From Sphagnum compactum (lineage: Eukaryota): a stretch of 64,000 nt of DNA. The stretch covers positions 13,630,213-13,694,212 of the forward strand of contig OZ234493.1 of NCBI GenBank assembly GCA_965153455.1, read 5' to 3'. The notes beneath the pieces are model-generated. The model saw nothing but the letters and a program-made list of their open reading frames with translations, did no database searches and was not told the DNA's origin. Made by a program: the position numbers and the translations under genes. Below are positions 1 to 14,500 of this stretch, piece after piece (position 1 is the first letter of the stretch; each line of letters begins with the position of its first letter).

Positions 1-684
1 GACTTTATTAGAGTTTGGAACATTGAACCAACCCAATGAAGGCATATTCTATTCAATAATTTTCACTTTTGCAAAGGCAAAATTCTACACCCTCAAATCA
101 AATGAAAGGCTCTTTTTTGTTGTTCTAGAAGAACTTGCTTAACTCGAGTCACATGAGAGAGTGTTTTGTGTTTCCTAGTTCTTGATTTTGAAAGGGAACC
201 TTAATAACGGTTATTATTATCCCCTTTCATCCAAACCAAAGGATATTTGGATGGACGGTCACCCCCTGTCCCCTCTTTCAGTGGTATCCGCAAAGTAAAG
301 ACATTTTAATAAATCTCAGTATGAAATGCTGAAACTCGGTATGAAATGCTGATACTCAGCATTCAATGGATAAGGTTCGAGACTAATTATAGTAGGAGGA
401 GTGAAAATATATGTAGCAGCAATGGAGGCGCTCGGGAAAAAAAGGAAAGACAGGATGAAACTCAGTTTACCACCAAAATTGACGGTTTTCTTTCTGAGTT
501 TCATCCCCCGTTGAAGGCTAATGTACTTTTTTGCAGGTTCGTTTTGAATCTCACCCTGTGTATGACCAAACTCAGGGTGGGTTCTGGTGCTGTGTTTTTC
601 TTACTTACGGATAACTCTAATGATAGGAAGTTCAATTTGGGTGTGTATTTTTTTATTTCCCCAATTTTGAGATGTGGACAAACT

Positions 685-790
685 TAGTGGCTATAATCTG
701 TACAATAAATTTAGCCAAATTTGGCTATCAACTAGATATGAAAGTTAAAAACGTCAAATATCCGTCAATATTTTGGCTATCCACTAGAAA
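685..790. repeat. Dispersed repeat family A (core TAGCCAAATTTGGCTA); other copies at about 29600-29800, 30420-30545, 30860-31090 and 39205-39370
   Basis: The palindromic core and the flanking GTGGCAAT/ATGATC...TGAAAGT sequence recur in five places. Confidence 0.75.
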
Positions 791-1107
791 GAGAAAGAGA
801 AAAGCCAACAACTCTTGATTTTGCACAACAACTTGGGGTTCAATGTTTTTGTGCAATTTGTGATCTCGGTGGTTGCACTAGGGTTTTTGTGCAATTTGTG
901 CTTTTGGTGGTTGCACTAGGGTTTCGGGCACCTTTGGCCTTCCTCTCTCCCCAAGGCTCGGGGTGCCATAGATGGCAAATGTGCATTGGACAGCCCATCA
1001 TCCTACATTCATGTTATATACATCACGGTTGGATGAACCTGTACAATGGATGATGATGAATACCCATATCTTAATGCCATAGTTATTGGTGGTGTCAAGT
1101 GCCAAAC

Positions 1108-1563
1108 CAGTGCTTGCCGGTTATCTCGTTCCTCTCATAACCGGGGCTAGGTCGGTTGTAAAAAAAATAAGTTTGCAAATTTGGACCCGTTGGTTATCAA
1201 TTTCAGTGTCAAAGTAACATCCATTGGTTGTCAACTTACTTGATTTTTAAAAAAATAATAGTCGCCGGTTATGCATAGTAAGGGTCGGTTCTCAAATACC
1301 CGCCTTGAGAATTGTCGGCTATATTATTATTACCTAGTAAGGGTAGGTTATAGGGTTTTTTTTATAAAAAATTAATATTTAATATTTATTCAGCTTTTAT
1401 GTTTTTCCATCATAAACATGTTTCGGGTTTTAAGATGGATAAAAATTACTTGGGATGAATTTCCAATCATTCGAGTCGGTTATTAAAATTTGAAAAAATT
1501 CGATACTTCTTGACTCAGGTTATCTACTGGGTTTCAAAAAAGATAGATAACCGGCCAACATTG
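1108..1563. mobile_element. Degraded hAT-type MITE
   Basis: Imperfect 19-bp TIRs CAGTGCTTGCCGGTTATCT / AGATAACCGGCCAACATTG, a degenerate TSD (GTGCCAAAC / GTGTCAAC) and repeated internal GGTTA/CGGTT motifs. Confidence 0.65.
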
Positions 1564-3442
1564 GTGTCAACGATTTGCACTCTCAATGAATTTGTCCATT
1601 GTTATTTCTTTCAACAAATTCTATTGGTTTTTTTTTTAACCCATAAAAATTGGGAAGATGTTGGAATCTTTAAATTTTTAGTGTAAAAATTTTGATTAAT
1701 TTTTCTAAATTTTTGAAAAAAATAGCCAAATTTTTTGTATCACAAAATTGAATAAAAATAACTTGTCGATCGATGACCCCTCAAATAATATAGAAGTTAT
1801 AGGGGCCCTTTTAGTAAATAGATTATTTCTGAAATACCCACATTTGGCCATCCAAGATGTGTCCAAAAAATCCCAATTATAGTTTAGAAAATATTAATTT
1901 TTGGGAGATCCAATGGTTGTGTGTGTTATGATCTAATGGACATAATTGAGTAAGTATACAACTTGTCACTTGGGGTTGGATGCTTGACCTTCCCATGTGA
2001 ACTTTGTGAAAGGACATTGAGTCCCAATTGGCTAAATAGTTGTTAACATAATTTTTTTTTACAATAAATAAGAAAATAATACTATGAATAATTTTTTGAA
2101 ATTTTTTAATAAGAAAATACTATGAATAACTTGTTGAATTTTTTTTACATCAAATAAATAAGTATATTATTGTTTGGAGTTTAGGGGAAAAAAAATCTCT
2201 TCTCTAATAAGTATAGTGGGGGCAAGACACTACTACCACCAACTTCAAGGGACACTCTCTTCTATATATGCGTATAATAAGGATCCACTCCCCCATATAC
2301 CACACACTACATGCAACAATGATCCCTTCTATTTATATACTAAGTAGGGTTTTTTTGTTGGAGCTCACATACTCCAAGATGCATTAGATTTAATTATTGT
2401 TTCCTCATTATTAGTGGTACTTGTTGTTAGTTCTACTAATTAGTTGGAGAGGGGTGCACCTTGGGTTGGTTTTACACAAAGTTTTTTTAATTCTAATTTA
2501 TTTTATTTTGTTGTCTCAAAAGCCAAAATGACCAAAGGAAGAAAATGAAGCATGTCCAAAAACTCATAATTTAAGTTTTGGACATGTGCAAGTTAAAAAA
2601 AAAAAAAACTCAAATTAATTTGTATAATTTGTCAATGACAAGAATGACTATGTATCATTATAGTATGATACATGTATGGTTCAACACCCATATTGTTATA
2701 TAATCTATTTAAAAATGGTGCCCAAGTTTTAAAGGAGACTTGTTCTTTTCTAGGGCTCAACTTTTGACTACCCAAACAATGAGCCATTGAGCAACATAGG
2801 TATCGATTGCATAGAAGCAATGAGATGCACGAGTTACAAAAATACATAATACATAGTACCACGACTTTTGGGAGCAATGAGACACACGGGTTACAAAGCA
2901 CGTAGTACATACTATTGTGACTTTAGAGGGCTATGAATTTGGTATTGTTGAATGTTGATTGAGAGTCATCCTTTTCAAGACTAGGTAGGTACATAGTAGC
3001 CAAAACTAAGGTAAGTAATAACCAAGGATCGAAAAAAGGAAGAGTGGGAGGCACCACTTATCCTTGCATAATAGCCCCATCAATAATAAGCTCGTGTGAA
3101 ATCAACTCAACTCCTTTGAATGCACGACCCCATTTCCCATTCGGTGGCCATCGAGTTAGATGAACCTCAATTTTGGAAGTGTTGGCACAATTTTAGAATC
3201 TTGAACTATAGGGAGGTTAGATGGGCAACAAGAACCCAATGAAAAAAAGAAAGAGTCATGTTTTGTACATCCATTGTTGCATTCATGGGTGTTGGTTCAC
3301 TTTGGCCCATCCACAAACAAACATTGGTTAAATAGCTTTTCGAATGTGAAGTTGCATATGCATAGTTCGTGAGTTTATGTGTAAGATATTTCAATTATTG
3401 CTTCACATTTTGAGTTGAAATTTCTCCATACAAATGTTATGC

Positions 3443-3535
3443 ACAAATCTATCACTTTTGCCATAATTATTTATATGAACAAATCTATCACTTTTGCCTT
3501 AATTATTTATATGAACAAATCTATAATTTTTGTCT
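3443..3535. repeat. 36-bp tandem repeat, about 2.5 copies
   Basis: Unit ACAAATCTATCACTTTTGCC(A/T)TAATTATTTATATGA. Confidence 0.85.
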
Positions 3536-5849
3536 TGAAGTGTAGGAGGGATGTTCGAGAACCTAATATTGCTATTGTGTTTTGAACGTTTTATTTCATC
3601 TCATAACACTAGAATGAGTCTTGTTCAACATCAAGTTTTGGTGAATCCGTTCTAAACAATTCAACTCTACAAGAAGAAGAATTTGTTTACCCATATCCCA
3701 ATAGATAGGAGAGATGATAGATCTGAAGTAAATTGTGTATCAATTGTTGTATAATTGGATAAAAATGCTTGATATTTTGTAAACATGTGCTTAAATATTT
3801 TTACACACAATGCTAAAATCAAAGTTTTTCAAATGGGCATGTACTACGGATTTGGATTTTGTTGCAACACACGTACAAAATCCAAAGTAAATGCATGTGT
3901 AAAAAAAAGCATTGGTTGCACCCAAAAGTTTTATATTAAAAAATAATATTAATTTTTTTCTGTTGCAAGGAGCCATTCTGAATGGCCCATTATTCAAAAT
4001 AGAAGTAATTTATAGAGGTGCTTCCATTTGGCCCACCTTTATAGGTTATGAAAGTTCAAGTTTGGGCAAAAAAATATGGAATAAAAATGTGATGCGATTG
4101 CGAACATTTCAGGTACACACATTGGGAACTCGGGAAGATGTTGGGAACATGGTGGGAACATCAAGATCCCAAAAAAAATGGAACCTTCAACCCCCTTCCC
4201 CCAAAGGAAAAAAAAAAGTGTATATAGCCCGCTGAGACACCAAAAGCTTGGAAAAACTCAACTGCATATGCACATCCTCCAACCCTAAAAAAAACCTAAA
4301 ACCCTAAAATCTGGATATGCATAGTGTAAGATATATATCCGAACACAAGCACATATTATAACGGATATGACATATGCATTAGGTTAGTAGCGAATATAAG
4401 TATGATGAATATAGGTATGCATCAAGTTCTCAATCGATAGAAATCCGTTGGATAGGTATAACCCTTATTTACAAAATTTGACACAAGTTTAAGAAATGTA
4501 TATGTGCATATCCGTCAATTAGTTGGAATTAGGGTTTGAAACTTTGAATAGATCCCCTCCCCAAGTGACCCATGAAGCCAGAATCCTCCTAATATGTCAT
4601 GGAAACAACATGTGGAAGAAATGATTACATCATTTGCTCATCACAAGATCTTACAAATCCAAGCACAGAATTACACTTCACACACAAGAAGGTGGGCAAT
4701 CTAGAATACTTAGGATTTCAAAAATTCAGTGACTTTTGAAAATCATGACTGACAAATTTGATCCAAAGGGAAATGAATTTGTTGGTGAGCAGATGCAGAG
4801 AATATTGTGGAACAAGCATTTCATGAAGTGGTTCCATGTGGTGTGGTGTACGAGACACATGTGTGTTGCAAAGAAGACTTGTTACACATAATATGATCAG
4901 CCTGGCCTTCCCATCCTTTTGAGCTTTGGCTTATACCAAATATGTTCAGAATCTTGTCCTTTTGTGAAACCATTTTTTTGGGGGTAGGAACCCAATTTTA
5001 CACCAAACTCAATCTCACACTCGAGGTGCCTTTTGTTCACAAAATTTTGTTCAAATTGTTCAATGTGTACCCATGCACACCACATTCCTTCACAATACAC
5101 TTACAAATTTTGTTAGAGGTTTTTATGTACTATGTACCATAGCTAAGTAGGTAAGGGAATGTAAGTGGTTACTACTATGTAGACGAATAAATATATACTT
5201 AGTAACATGGACCATGGTGCATAATCTTTTGCATTTATGTTGTTCCATGATTTGGCTCACTTTTTGTTTTTTTCTTTATTGAACTTTCTAATGATGCTTG
5301 CTTTGCTTGCTTGCTTTCTTTCTTTCTTTCTTTCTTTTTTTCTCTTGGACAAATTGTTTGCATGTTTGCATGGTTTTCTCTTGTCCACACATGTGTTACG
5401 TTGCATGGCATTTTACCACAAGATGCATGGAAGGGTGTTGCAAAAATAGCTTACAAAACTTTGTGGATTTTGTTTCCATCTCCCTCACCCCACCCCCCAA
5501 TTGGAAAACAAGAAGAGAGCAAAAGAGAAAAATGAGATACAAAAGTTGTAAAGGAGGTTCCACTACAAGTGTGTTCTCTTGAGGGAGGGGCACTTGAGGG
5601 TGTGAGCTTGAGGGTGTTCCCAAACCTTAGGAGAATGCGCAAGTATTGGAACCTCCCCTTCTGTTAACAACTCTCTTTTTGTTTCCTCACTTTTTTCTCA
5701 TTTTGTAAAAAAATAAATATTTCCATGGGAACATATAAAATTGGGGGAGCTCCCGTGGCATAACGCCCTAGCGTTCTTCTGCTGGGGGAGATCCCTCAAA
5801 ATACACATAGAAATATTAAAAAGGGAATTGTTTATGTAGGTACAAAGAA

Positions 5850-6215
5850 TAAGTTGTGAGGGACGTAGCATAGTAGTGTGATTCATATTAGTTAGTTCAT
5901 GGGGTGCACCACTCACACTTTTTTTTGTTTCTTTTTTCTTTTTTGAAGGAGCCATATTGATTGGGCCATCACTAATGTTTTTGTAACGTTGGGGGCACTC
6001 CCCCAATAGAAGCACCTCTTTGGACCCCAAGTTGCAAAATAGAAACAAATAATGTTCTTCCCTTATGACACACACCTCTTCAGTTTATATACATTGGAGT
6101 TGAACTTTGGGCAAAACCATATGGGATAAAACTGAGGTGCTATTATTGAAAACATCTTGAGGGACAACTTGGGAACCTGATTGGAACATCATGGGAACAC
6201 ATTGGGAACAACAGG
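5850..6215. repeat. Dispersed repeat family B; related copies at about 3955-4200, 29270-29580 (inverted) and 31120-31270 (inverted)
   Basis: Shared CCCCCAATAGAAGCACCTCTTTGG, GGAGCCAT..TGATTGG and TTGGGAAC motifs. Confidence 0.75.
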
Positions 6216-6398
6216 AAAAAAGGTTCATCAGGTCAGCTATGGAAAATGCTATCACCTAAGGGAGGTAGGTAGGTAAGTAGGTAAGTAGGTAGGTAGGTAG
6301 GGGTGCAGGACTGATGTAGTATGGCAAGCAGGGGGGACAATACTTTCTTCTACAGAGTTTACAATTTAGGCTGGAACAGAATGGATGTGAGTAGGTAT

Positions 6399-6782
6399 GG
6401 CCCCAGTGAACCAGCACCCACCAGTGCATCCTGAAGGATGGATGAGAAATGGTCTGGAAACAGTTTTCTGTTGTGTTCCCAGTTCCTTAGCTAACCATGG
6501 TGGTTAGCTCACTTGTTATTTTTTACTACCTACCTACTAACAACACTCAAGCAGGTTGTTAGTAGGTAAGTAGTAAAGACAGCCCCTTACATATGTATAG
6601 ACCAGCTACTTACCTAGTAGTTACCTATTTTCTTACCTACCTACCTATTTATGAAACCCATTTCTTACGGAATTGGTTACGAAGGTGAAACCAAATATTA
6701 ACTCAGTTGAGGTTCATCCACAACTGAGTAAGAACAGGCATCCAGTGGATGGTGCACTAGTGGGTGTCGGTTCACTATGGCC
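6399..6782. mobile_element. MITE, Mutator-like (copy 1)
   Basis: About 30-bp TIRs (GGCCCCAGTGAACCAGCACCCACCAGTGCA / TGCACTAGTGGGTGTCGGTTCACTATGGCC). The 9-bp flanks AGTAGGTAT and AGTAGGTAC differ by one base. A homologous copy starts at 40012. Confidence 0.85.
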
Positions 6783-6900
6783 AGTAGGTACCACCCTTTT
6801 GCTTTTTATAAAAGCCGAATTTTTGGTACTAGTTGCACACTTTAAAACTCTTGTTTAGGCTGACCCAAGCAAAACTTCACACTAGAGTCGAGAGCCACTC

Positions 6901-7022
6901 GACCATGAAATCACTCACTGATTGCGAGCAAAAAGGCTACCTCAATTTTCACATCCCACTTGACCATGAAATCACTCACTGATTGGGAGCAAAAAGGCTA
7001 CCTGAATTTTCACATCCCACTT
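6901..7022. repeat. 61-bp tandem duplication
   Basis: GACCATGAAATCACTCACTGATTG...CACATCCCACTT occurs twice with 2 mismatches. Confidence 0.9.
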
Positions 7023-8577
7023 TGCATCACACCAAATGTGGAAGGCATTTACTTAACAATGCAGCATAACAGGATTACCCAGTGACTCCCATTGTGAAGA
7101 GCATCTCCCACCCACACCACCCCCTATTTAGGTCTCCACGAATGTTTATCACATCCAACATATACCATAATAATATAATACCTATTCCCCCTATCCATAG
7201 CCCCTAAACATGAGAATTTGAACAGTATAATGTAAGAGAATAGATTGTAGTACCTTATGTGATTAGGCATTTAGGTGTTAAACAAATAATGATTTTATTT
7301 TTTAAAAAAAATTGAATTTGACAATACAAATGATAAGTATGAAAAATTATGCCGAGCTCAAAAATATTTGGCAATGATGATTGACCATTGCATATACCCT
7401 AATGTTCATGAAAATAAGTATCTTATTTAAAAGAGAAGTATTGTGCCATTTCCTCCTCTCCTCTCATCTCATTTGTAAGCTCCCAGTTAGTAGGAACTCC
7501 ACTTTATCCAACAACTTAAAAGTGAGTAGTAATAGGTATTTAATAGCTACTACGAAGCATTAGGTAGGTAGATGACTAATAAATCGCATACCTATACACC
7601 TATTAGATTCCGAGTAGCCAAAAAATAAAGAAAACAATAGGCTTGCATGATGTAATTTTTCCTTTGTGAATTGTACTCTCTCACAATCCTAATTGCAATT
7701 GTTGGGTCGAGTTCATGCACCACATCTAACCTACATACACTATTGGCTTTGTGTTGTTGTAGTTGCACTATGCATGATTGTGTCATGGGGACATGCTGCT
7801 AGTGTTGCCTTTGAAGATGGTGGTGAACTTTTTGACTGAAAAGGAAGTGAACAACTTGACTAGGAATAAAAGATCAAGGCTTCCATGTGGGATTATGTGA
7901 CCCAACAACACCCACTAGTGTGTTTACCATCCATTGGGAAACTCCTTATGACTCAGTTGTGGATGAACTACAACTATTTTACCAAAGTTCCACCAAATTC
8001 ACCTCAGGTGGCATATATTAGCAATCTGCGGCAATCCTTGTGAAGTCCAGCCTTTTGTATCCAAGCACTGCTCTCAGCAATTCTAGCATTTGAAATTGAA
8101 AGCAATTTACAAATAAAACACAACATCTTCAACCCTAGCGAAATGATATATCAGGTTCATAACTTCAACATGCTATGAACCACCTATACATTAAGTGGAT
8201 ATTGCACAAGCAGGAGGAAATCAAATTACTAGTCTACAGAAGGTGTAGTATGAAAAGAGGTCGACATTGATTGAAAGACATACTGCATCCATATAATGGC
8301 TGAGGAAAGCTCTGCTTAGTTATACAGTCCTATTTGAATTGATGAAAATTATGATCCTTGGAACTCCCCGATTTCCATCATCCTGTCAAGAGAATTTGTT
8401 TTACACCCTGCAAGATTTGAAACTGTTTAGACGGCCCAGTTCATTATCTTGAAAAAACTTGGTTTTCCCAGGATCAATGCCATCATGTGACAAGCAATCA
8501 ACTGTTATGTGGGAGAGAAAACCAAATTGATACCATGAGAACTTACAACAAAATATAAAGTGTTGGAGCTGACACAC

Positions 8578-11500
8578 TCAGGTTCCTTCAGATTCATCCC
8601 ATTCTAGCACTTCTGCTTCCTTGTCAACTGTTTCCACTTGTGTTGTCGTTAAGTCCAATGGAACATCAAGTGGTGGAGGCACCTGTCACAAACACCACCC
8701 ATGCTGTCAAATGGTAGGAGAAATAGCTCAACTTTATTTGAAATGTCTTGTGCACTGTGTCACTGACACATGGTGTGCTGATGTAAGACAGACTATTAAA
8801 TGCAGGACCAGGAGAATTTAGGCTTGAATACCATGTGGTAGACAAGAGGCCAGTCGATCCCTCTAAAAAATGGGTGTGTTTTTATGTCATTGACGCCTCT
8901 GCGTGACCCAAGCCTCTTGCTCGGATCTTTCTGTAATAGTGCTCTCATGAAATGCCTCACCATCAAACTTACCTGCCACCCACCCACACACACAGACACA
9001 CACACACACACAAACACAAATATGATTCTGTAACATACTTTCCCTATGACCAGTATACTCAAGAGTCTTCTCCTCCCACAACATGTCTGTCTCCTTCCAT
9101 CAGCTTCTCAGCTCCTATGTCTAAAACTCCCATGAAGAGTTGGAGTTCCCAGAAAAGATTCTGGATTTTGGGCACTCCCTTGAAGGGGGAAATTCCATGT
9201 GCTGTGCTGATTTTCAGTCTTATCTCCACTGTCTAGGAGAATTGTGCTTCTTCACTTGGATATTTGAAGATGATGTGTGACTTTGAATTCCTATCTATAA
9301 GATTGTGGAGAAGACTCCACAACACTTGAAGCTAAGCATTGTGTCTGTTTCAGCACAACCACAACTAAGTGACAAGAATGAATGAGGTCATAACCTTATG
9401 AGTGTCACCACAAAGTGTCAGACCATCACCTTCATCATGAATAGCAGTGACAAGCTGCCATGACTCTTACTGGCTTTCATTAGCTCCTGATAGTGGGTGC
9501 AAATAAACATAGAATGATCCAACCAATATCAAAGCCAAACTGTTATACAAGCATTTGAGCTCAGCCCTGAGTTTCTATCACATTTCCAGAAGAACTGGGA
9601 AAGACTCAGCCATGATGTTGACTAACACTCAAAAGACAAAGCTAATTAAAAAAAAGTCAAAAATAGCCTCCTTCAAGCTGCAACAAGCTGATTTGAGATT
9701 TTGGATTCAAAACACCAATATAATTTCAGTACTTACAGGGATGCTGGCAGGAAAAGCAATATCTTTGTCCAAAATATTTGTGAATGTCTTGTGCCGGGTG
9801 CGACCTCGGAATGGGGTGCGCCCATACAGCATCTCATACATCAAGATGCCTGCCACATGTTTTGGGAATCACTTTACTCTTCTGTGTAGTGATAAAAACC
9901 TTCTATATGAACCTAGATTTCTGCTGCAGACATTAGAGGCTGAGCATGCTCATGAAGGCGGGAAAATGCACGTACCAAGAGCCCACCAATCCACAGCACT
10001 ACTATGCCCTTGTCCCGTAATGATTTCCTGCAAATCCATGAGTACATAAGAAACATAATAGAAGCTTGAAGTACCTATGTTTGAATCACTATTTGAATAA
10101 GAAATCTCAGGTATAGAATAGATTGGAGAGACGTACAGGGGCAATGTACTCTTCGGTTCCCACAAAGGAATTGCTAGGTGTGACAGGCTCTGCGAAAAAT
10201 ACAGGAAGTTGTGGAGTCTTGTGTTTCCTATTCCGACCAGGAGGAGCCTCTGGGATAACAATCTGTACCATCATTGCTCCAACCCACATTAGTAACTAAT
10301 GTTGCAACTTGACTCCATAATAAATAAACTGAAAGTTTTGAAGTTCAGCCGAAATCTTGTTACTGACATTCATTTCAGCCTCAAACTTCTACTGGCAATC
10401 AGGAAAATTATATCCTGGTTATTACAGAATGTCTTATAGTTACAGTTTGACATCCAATTGTTGCAGAGGTACTGAATGTTTGGATTACAAGGAAATTGAA
10501 GAGGAAGTGGACCTGTGGCCTTGAGGTAGTCAGAAATGATAAGTCAAAATCTGTAAGTTGTACATGTCCATTTGCTTGGAGAAGAACATTCTCAGGTTTC
10601 AAGTCTCTGTATACAACCCCTGCAACCCATTTGTCCTTGGGAAACTTATTCATAAGCTGATAAACCTCAAAAAGACCTCTCTGTCCAATCACATGCACAG
10701 CTACCAATATAAACAAAATGTGAATTACAATTCTTGAGATGCAGAATGCCCTAATGCAGTACCATAAAGACAACAAAGGACCTTAAGTGCTAGTGACCAT
10801 ACCCACACAATGTAAATATTCGAGTGCTATGACAATTTCAGCAGCAAAGAAACGGGCCACGTCCTCTGAGAAAACTTTTCGGGGCTGCCTTTCAAGAAGA
10901 AGAAAAAGCTCTCCACCTGGACAAAAGTCCGTTATCAAACACACATGTGTTGGAGTCTGCACGTTTGCACCATCAGCGAGTCAATACCATTCCACCTATA
11001 CCTCCTGCATTAGCTCATAGACTGAATAAACACAGAAGTAAACAAATAAACATGGACAGATATGAAGAAGAAAATCTTCAGTACCTGAAAGGAAGCATAT
11101 AAAGTGGGCAGGAATGGGTGGTCCAATAGTGCCAAGATCTCCCTCTCTGCCCTTGCTCTATGCACCTATTTGAATACATAAGCCTTCAGTTCTCACAGAG
11201 GTCTCTAAAGCTTTGAAGCACAAGGCAATATGTAAACAGCGACTTGAAACACAAGAATCTTCACTTGACATGCTCTTAGCTGCAGTTGCATGATTGGAAA
11301 TATGATAGTGCATCTTATGGGAATGGCCACAAGATCTGCCACTAACCTCTGTGTATGATCAACTATATCACACAATAACGCACCTTGTTACGATTCAACA
11401 TCACGCTTTTATCCATGGCCTTCATGGCGAATACTTCACCTGTCCCCCGCAACTCCACTAAGTGTACACTGCACAAATTCCATGGGAACCTCTGATGACT

Positions 11501-14500
11501 TTTGGCATACAATGAAGACCGGCCACAGGTATAATGGTAAGAACCATGTTTTGGTCACAGGGTACCAACAGAAAAGCTTCAGTCAAATTTTATGACAGTG
11601 GTGTCTGAAAATGGACAGGTTCAAGCATACATATGGTAACTTTCTTGCTTTATGGCAAAACCAGTGCTACAACAACTACAATAAAATCAAGAAAAAATTG
11701 ATGACACATTCATATTGCACATTGCATAGTCACCTTCCAGTATCACCACACCCAAGCGGTTTGATTGGTCGAAAATCCTTCAATCCCAAGTTTTGACCCT
11801 TGGTCTTCACCTGTATAAGCCAATCACACGTGTATTCTTCACAAAACTAAAGCTATTCCATATAACTACACTTTTTCATGTATGTGGCACTGTGATGATG
11901 AAGGGGAGTCTTGTATGAAAACTTTGTTTGAGCAGGAAATTGCACAAAGCCCTTACCTTATTGACAGCAGCCCAAGACTTGGTTTGTTTACTGTGAGGCC
12001 TTGCAAAGACGCTTATTGAATGCAGTGCCCACAAATCCTCAGGTTTCTGCCAAATTGCATGTAAAGTTGGTGAACATGATCCACTAGTCAAACCAATTGT
12101 GTTAACACATTTGCAAACAATAAGCATGTGTAAACAGCAGGGAACAAAAAAGTGTCAGTGGATACCATATTTGCATCTGGAAGCTCACGCACTGCTCCAT
12201 CAATGTCCTTTGCAGTTGCACGCACCTAAAGATTTCATGTATTTATTTCAGTCTGCTTGCAATCCTATTGCAGCCACAACTTATGACAGAACTGGCACTG
12301 AGCTTTTCAAATCACCACCAGAAAATAAGGAAAAACTTGATCAAATGGGATGGCAGGTAACTTAATATGGATGGTGGGATGCGTCAACTGATTTTTTTGC
12401 TTAATTGGTATCACCTGGCGGTGGAAAAGGCTAGAAAGAGGTTCAAATTTCATAATGATGGCTACCAAGTTCCAGAACAGCAAATATCCATGAAGTAAAA
12501 TGGTAGATGAGATATGCAGTTTTGAAAGCACTGTTAATACTGCTAGGGCAATTGTGTAGGAGATACAAAAGAGAATAAGAAGCTTGTCAAAGGAAAGTTA
12601 AGATAGTGGGCGAAACCCACCACTTTGCTGCCTTCTTTCTCTGTCTTTTCAGAAAGGCGCTTACGTTCAGGTTCTACATATTCACTCCCATCAAGTTGAA
12701 CTCCAATGAAGTATTGCAGTTCTCCCTGTTACCAAGGAGAAACATTCCAATAAGTTGATCTGAGCAGGCCATTTTGAATTATGTTTTTGCACACAAGGTA
12801 CTCTACCTTCCAGATTTTCCATCACCTTGACAGCAATCTGTCACATGAACATTTCATGCTTCAAGCCTGACTGAGTATTATTTCAGCATAGAATATAACT
12901 TGCACAAAGCACCCTGGATGTGACACACCTAAGCCATCAGATCAAGAACTTCATCTTCAGTCCAATGAATCACACACCCTTCTGTGCAGGCACAGTAAAA
13001 ACTCACATTCTGGTCCCGCATAGCCTGCAAATGGAAGAGGTTCCAGAATGGCTTTCCTAAACACAAGAAACCAAAAATAGAAATGAGCACAGTTTCTGAA
13101 GCCTGTTTCTTTCGTTGAACAATTCCTTCTATTCCATGCCTACTACTGTTTCCTCCATACCTACTGCATGCATGAACAGTGGGGAACACAAAAGAATAAG
13201 TTCTTTAACTAAACAACTGGTAGTGTCATTAGGCAGCATGCACAAAACTTGGATGGGAGCTTAGAAATGACAAGCATCCAAAGTGGTGAACAGTATAGTC
13301 TACTATGCACTTGAACTAGTATGGATGTTGTTAAAACCAGATTGAACTGCCCACCGGATAGCTGTTGGAACATCTATATTCAGATTTCCAAAGCTCATGT
13401 CAGTTGATGGTAAGGCTTTGGCACCAAATAAGATGAAGGCCTTTGCCCACTCAAATTTTTGGATGCCAGGCCCGACAGTGGCTTCCAGCCTTATATCCCT
13501 TGTACATTGTGGGCAGCTGGTGGACCTGATCAGGTTCTTGTTCATACATACAAACTGAAAATGAAATGAAACAGGAGTGAGGGACAAAATGTGAGTACCA
13601 CTCTTAGTGTAGTTGAGTAACTGCACAGTGATGTCTTTCCGAGCAGCAATGGCATCACGGATCTGCTGAACTGTGTTCTGATCAGTATCTGGTCCTTGCA
13701 AAAACCTGCAGTTTCAAATATAATTTAGCTTCATGCAAACCAGTGGTCGCATAGAAATTGGAAGGAGAAGTTGCACATGAGTGGAGTGCTACTCTGATGT
13801 TAATAGGGGGCATGCTCTTTCCGCATGTGCAACTCTTGAACATGACTAAAGTTCTAGTTGTGATTCATCCCTTTCGGAACTGAAAATCATCGTCTATCAA
13901 AACATTTTTGTTTTGATTAACTGTCATTAGGGAACAAAAAAGCCCACAGGGATCAAAGATGCACAAAATGCTACATACCACTACCCAAGACAAAATATCA
14001 CAATTGGCAACAGACTGATTGACAAGGAAAAACTATTTCACCTTTTTACAAGCTGGATTTCATTAGGGTTGCAGCTAAATCAAATTGAATTCACCAGATT
14101 CCACAAGACCTTTGAATTAAGCACCTTAGGTCAGAAAAAGTACTTGGAAGGGTGACCGACCCAGATTCCATTTGCTGCAACTATATAGACTAATCAAGGT
14201 GAATTCACCAGATTCCACAACTCTGATTAAGCACCAGGGGGATTACTTGGGTGGTTGGGGGACCAACCAAAATTTCTGGTGCTCCAACTATACGACTGAA
14301 TTATGATGAATTCACCGGGTTTGACAAAAACTCTGAGTTAAGCACCTCAGGCCAGAACCCATACTTGGAATTTGTCTCAGCAGAAAGTCAAGCATGACTT
14401 TGCAGTAGGCACAAACCTGCAATTCCTTCCCAGAATCTCCTCTCGAGTGTACTCTGTCAACTCCAAGAACTCATCTGAGGCAAAAATCTGCCAGACATGA

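Noticed and set aside
346..687. 113-aa ORF near the window start
   Set aside because: It lies in repetitive AAACTCAG-motif sequence and has no recognisable protein features.
9555..10049. 164-aa plus-strand ORF
   Set aside because: It is an antisense shadow of phototropin kinase exons and introns.
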